A DNA stretch of 61,731 nt, filler included, from Globobulimina sp. (lineage: Eukaryota): assembly GCA_003354225.1 (NCBI GenBank). It is 26 parts of 26 records of this genome, joined end to end, with 100 filler letters (N's around TTAATTAATTAA, not from the genome) between each part and the next. Parts side by side here need not be neighbours in the genome. Positions count along the whole stretch, not along the records: positions 59,456 to 61,731 come from PIVH01007719.1; 25 more parts are not named here. One strand, 5' to 3'. Positions 61,495 through 61,731 of the stretch are shown piece by piece. The position numbers and the translations under genes were made by a program. Below the pieces are notes generated by a model. It worked only from the letters and a program-made list of their open reading frames with translations. It was not told the origin of the DNA and did not search any database. Numbering within the stretch: the stretch's first letter is position 1; every line of letters starts with the position of its first letter.

Positions 61495-61731
61495 TTAAGT
61501 CTTACTCCGTAAATAAATAAAAATACTTAAAGATGTGTGTTGCATTGAGAAATAAATGTAATGTAATAATATCAATCAATATATCACATTTTCTTTGGTT
61601 TGTTTTATTCAATAATGTCACTATGTAATTTTTTTTACAATTTATAATTGTTGCGTGTTTTTTATTTGAATGAATCTTTTTTTTTTTTTTTTTTGAATTT
61701 TTTTTTTTTAATCTGTTTTTTTTTGAAAAAG

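Overview
This window is not a contiguous locus. It is 26 size-sorted contigs (2280 down to 2276 bp) joined by 100-nt artificial spacers (N44-TTAATTAATTAA-N44, stop codons in all six frames), so gene neighbourhoods across spacers mean nothing. Most contigs are AT-rich eukaryotic genomic DNA in the standard code with short GT-AG introns (mostly 47-85 nt). The gene repertoire (divergent actin, G-alpha, F-box, Kelch, ADP-ribosyltransferase-like, IKS1 kinase) suggests a protist, plausibly a foraminiferan/rhizarian; this is inference only. Several contigs are chimeric, carrying bacterial pieces (ABC exporter, bamB) or a ciliate-code fragment, as expected from whole-genome amplification. Recognisable genes include class III ADH, mitochondrial uL1, thymidylate kinase, NAA25, an ABCC transporter, two SLC35-type transporters, a PhyH dioxygenase and an S33-type hydrolase. 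The most unusual items are: (1) a spliced gene fusing a RanBP2 zinc finger, a cold-shock domain, 3-4 TM helices and a C-terminal Hint autoprocessing domain; (2) a DIRS-type reverse transcriptase with a ~120-aa SAM-like insertion just before YIDD; (3) a tRNA-like element with a shrunken anticodon arm downstream of possible snoRNAs; (4) a giant G-alpha lacking the catalytic Gln; (5) an ART-fold protein; and (6) several MITE families, one with a perfect 8-bp TSD. All family calls come from motif recognition by eye; no searches were run.
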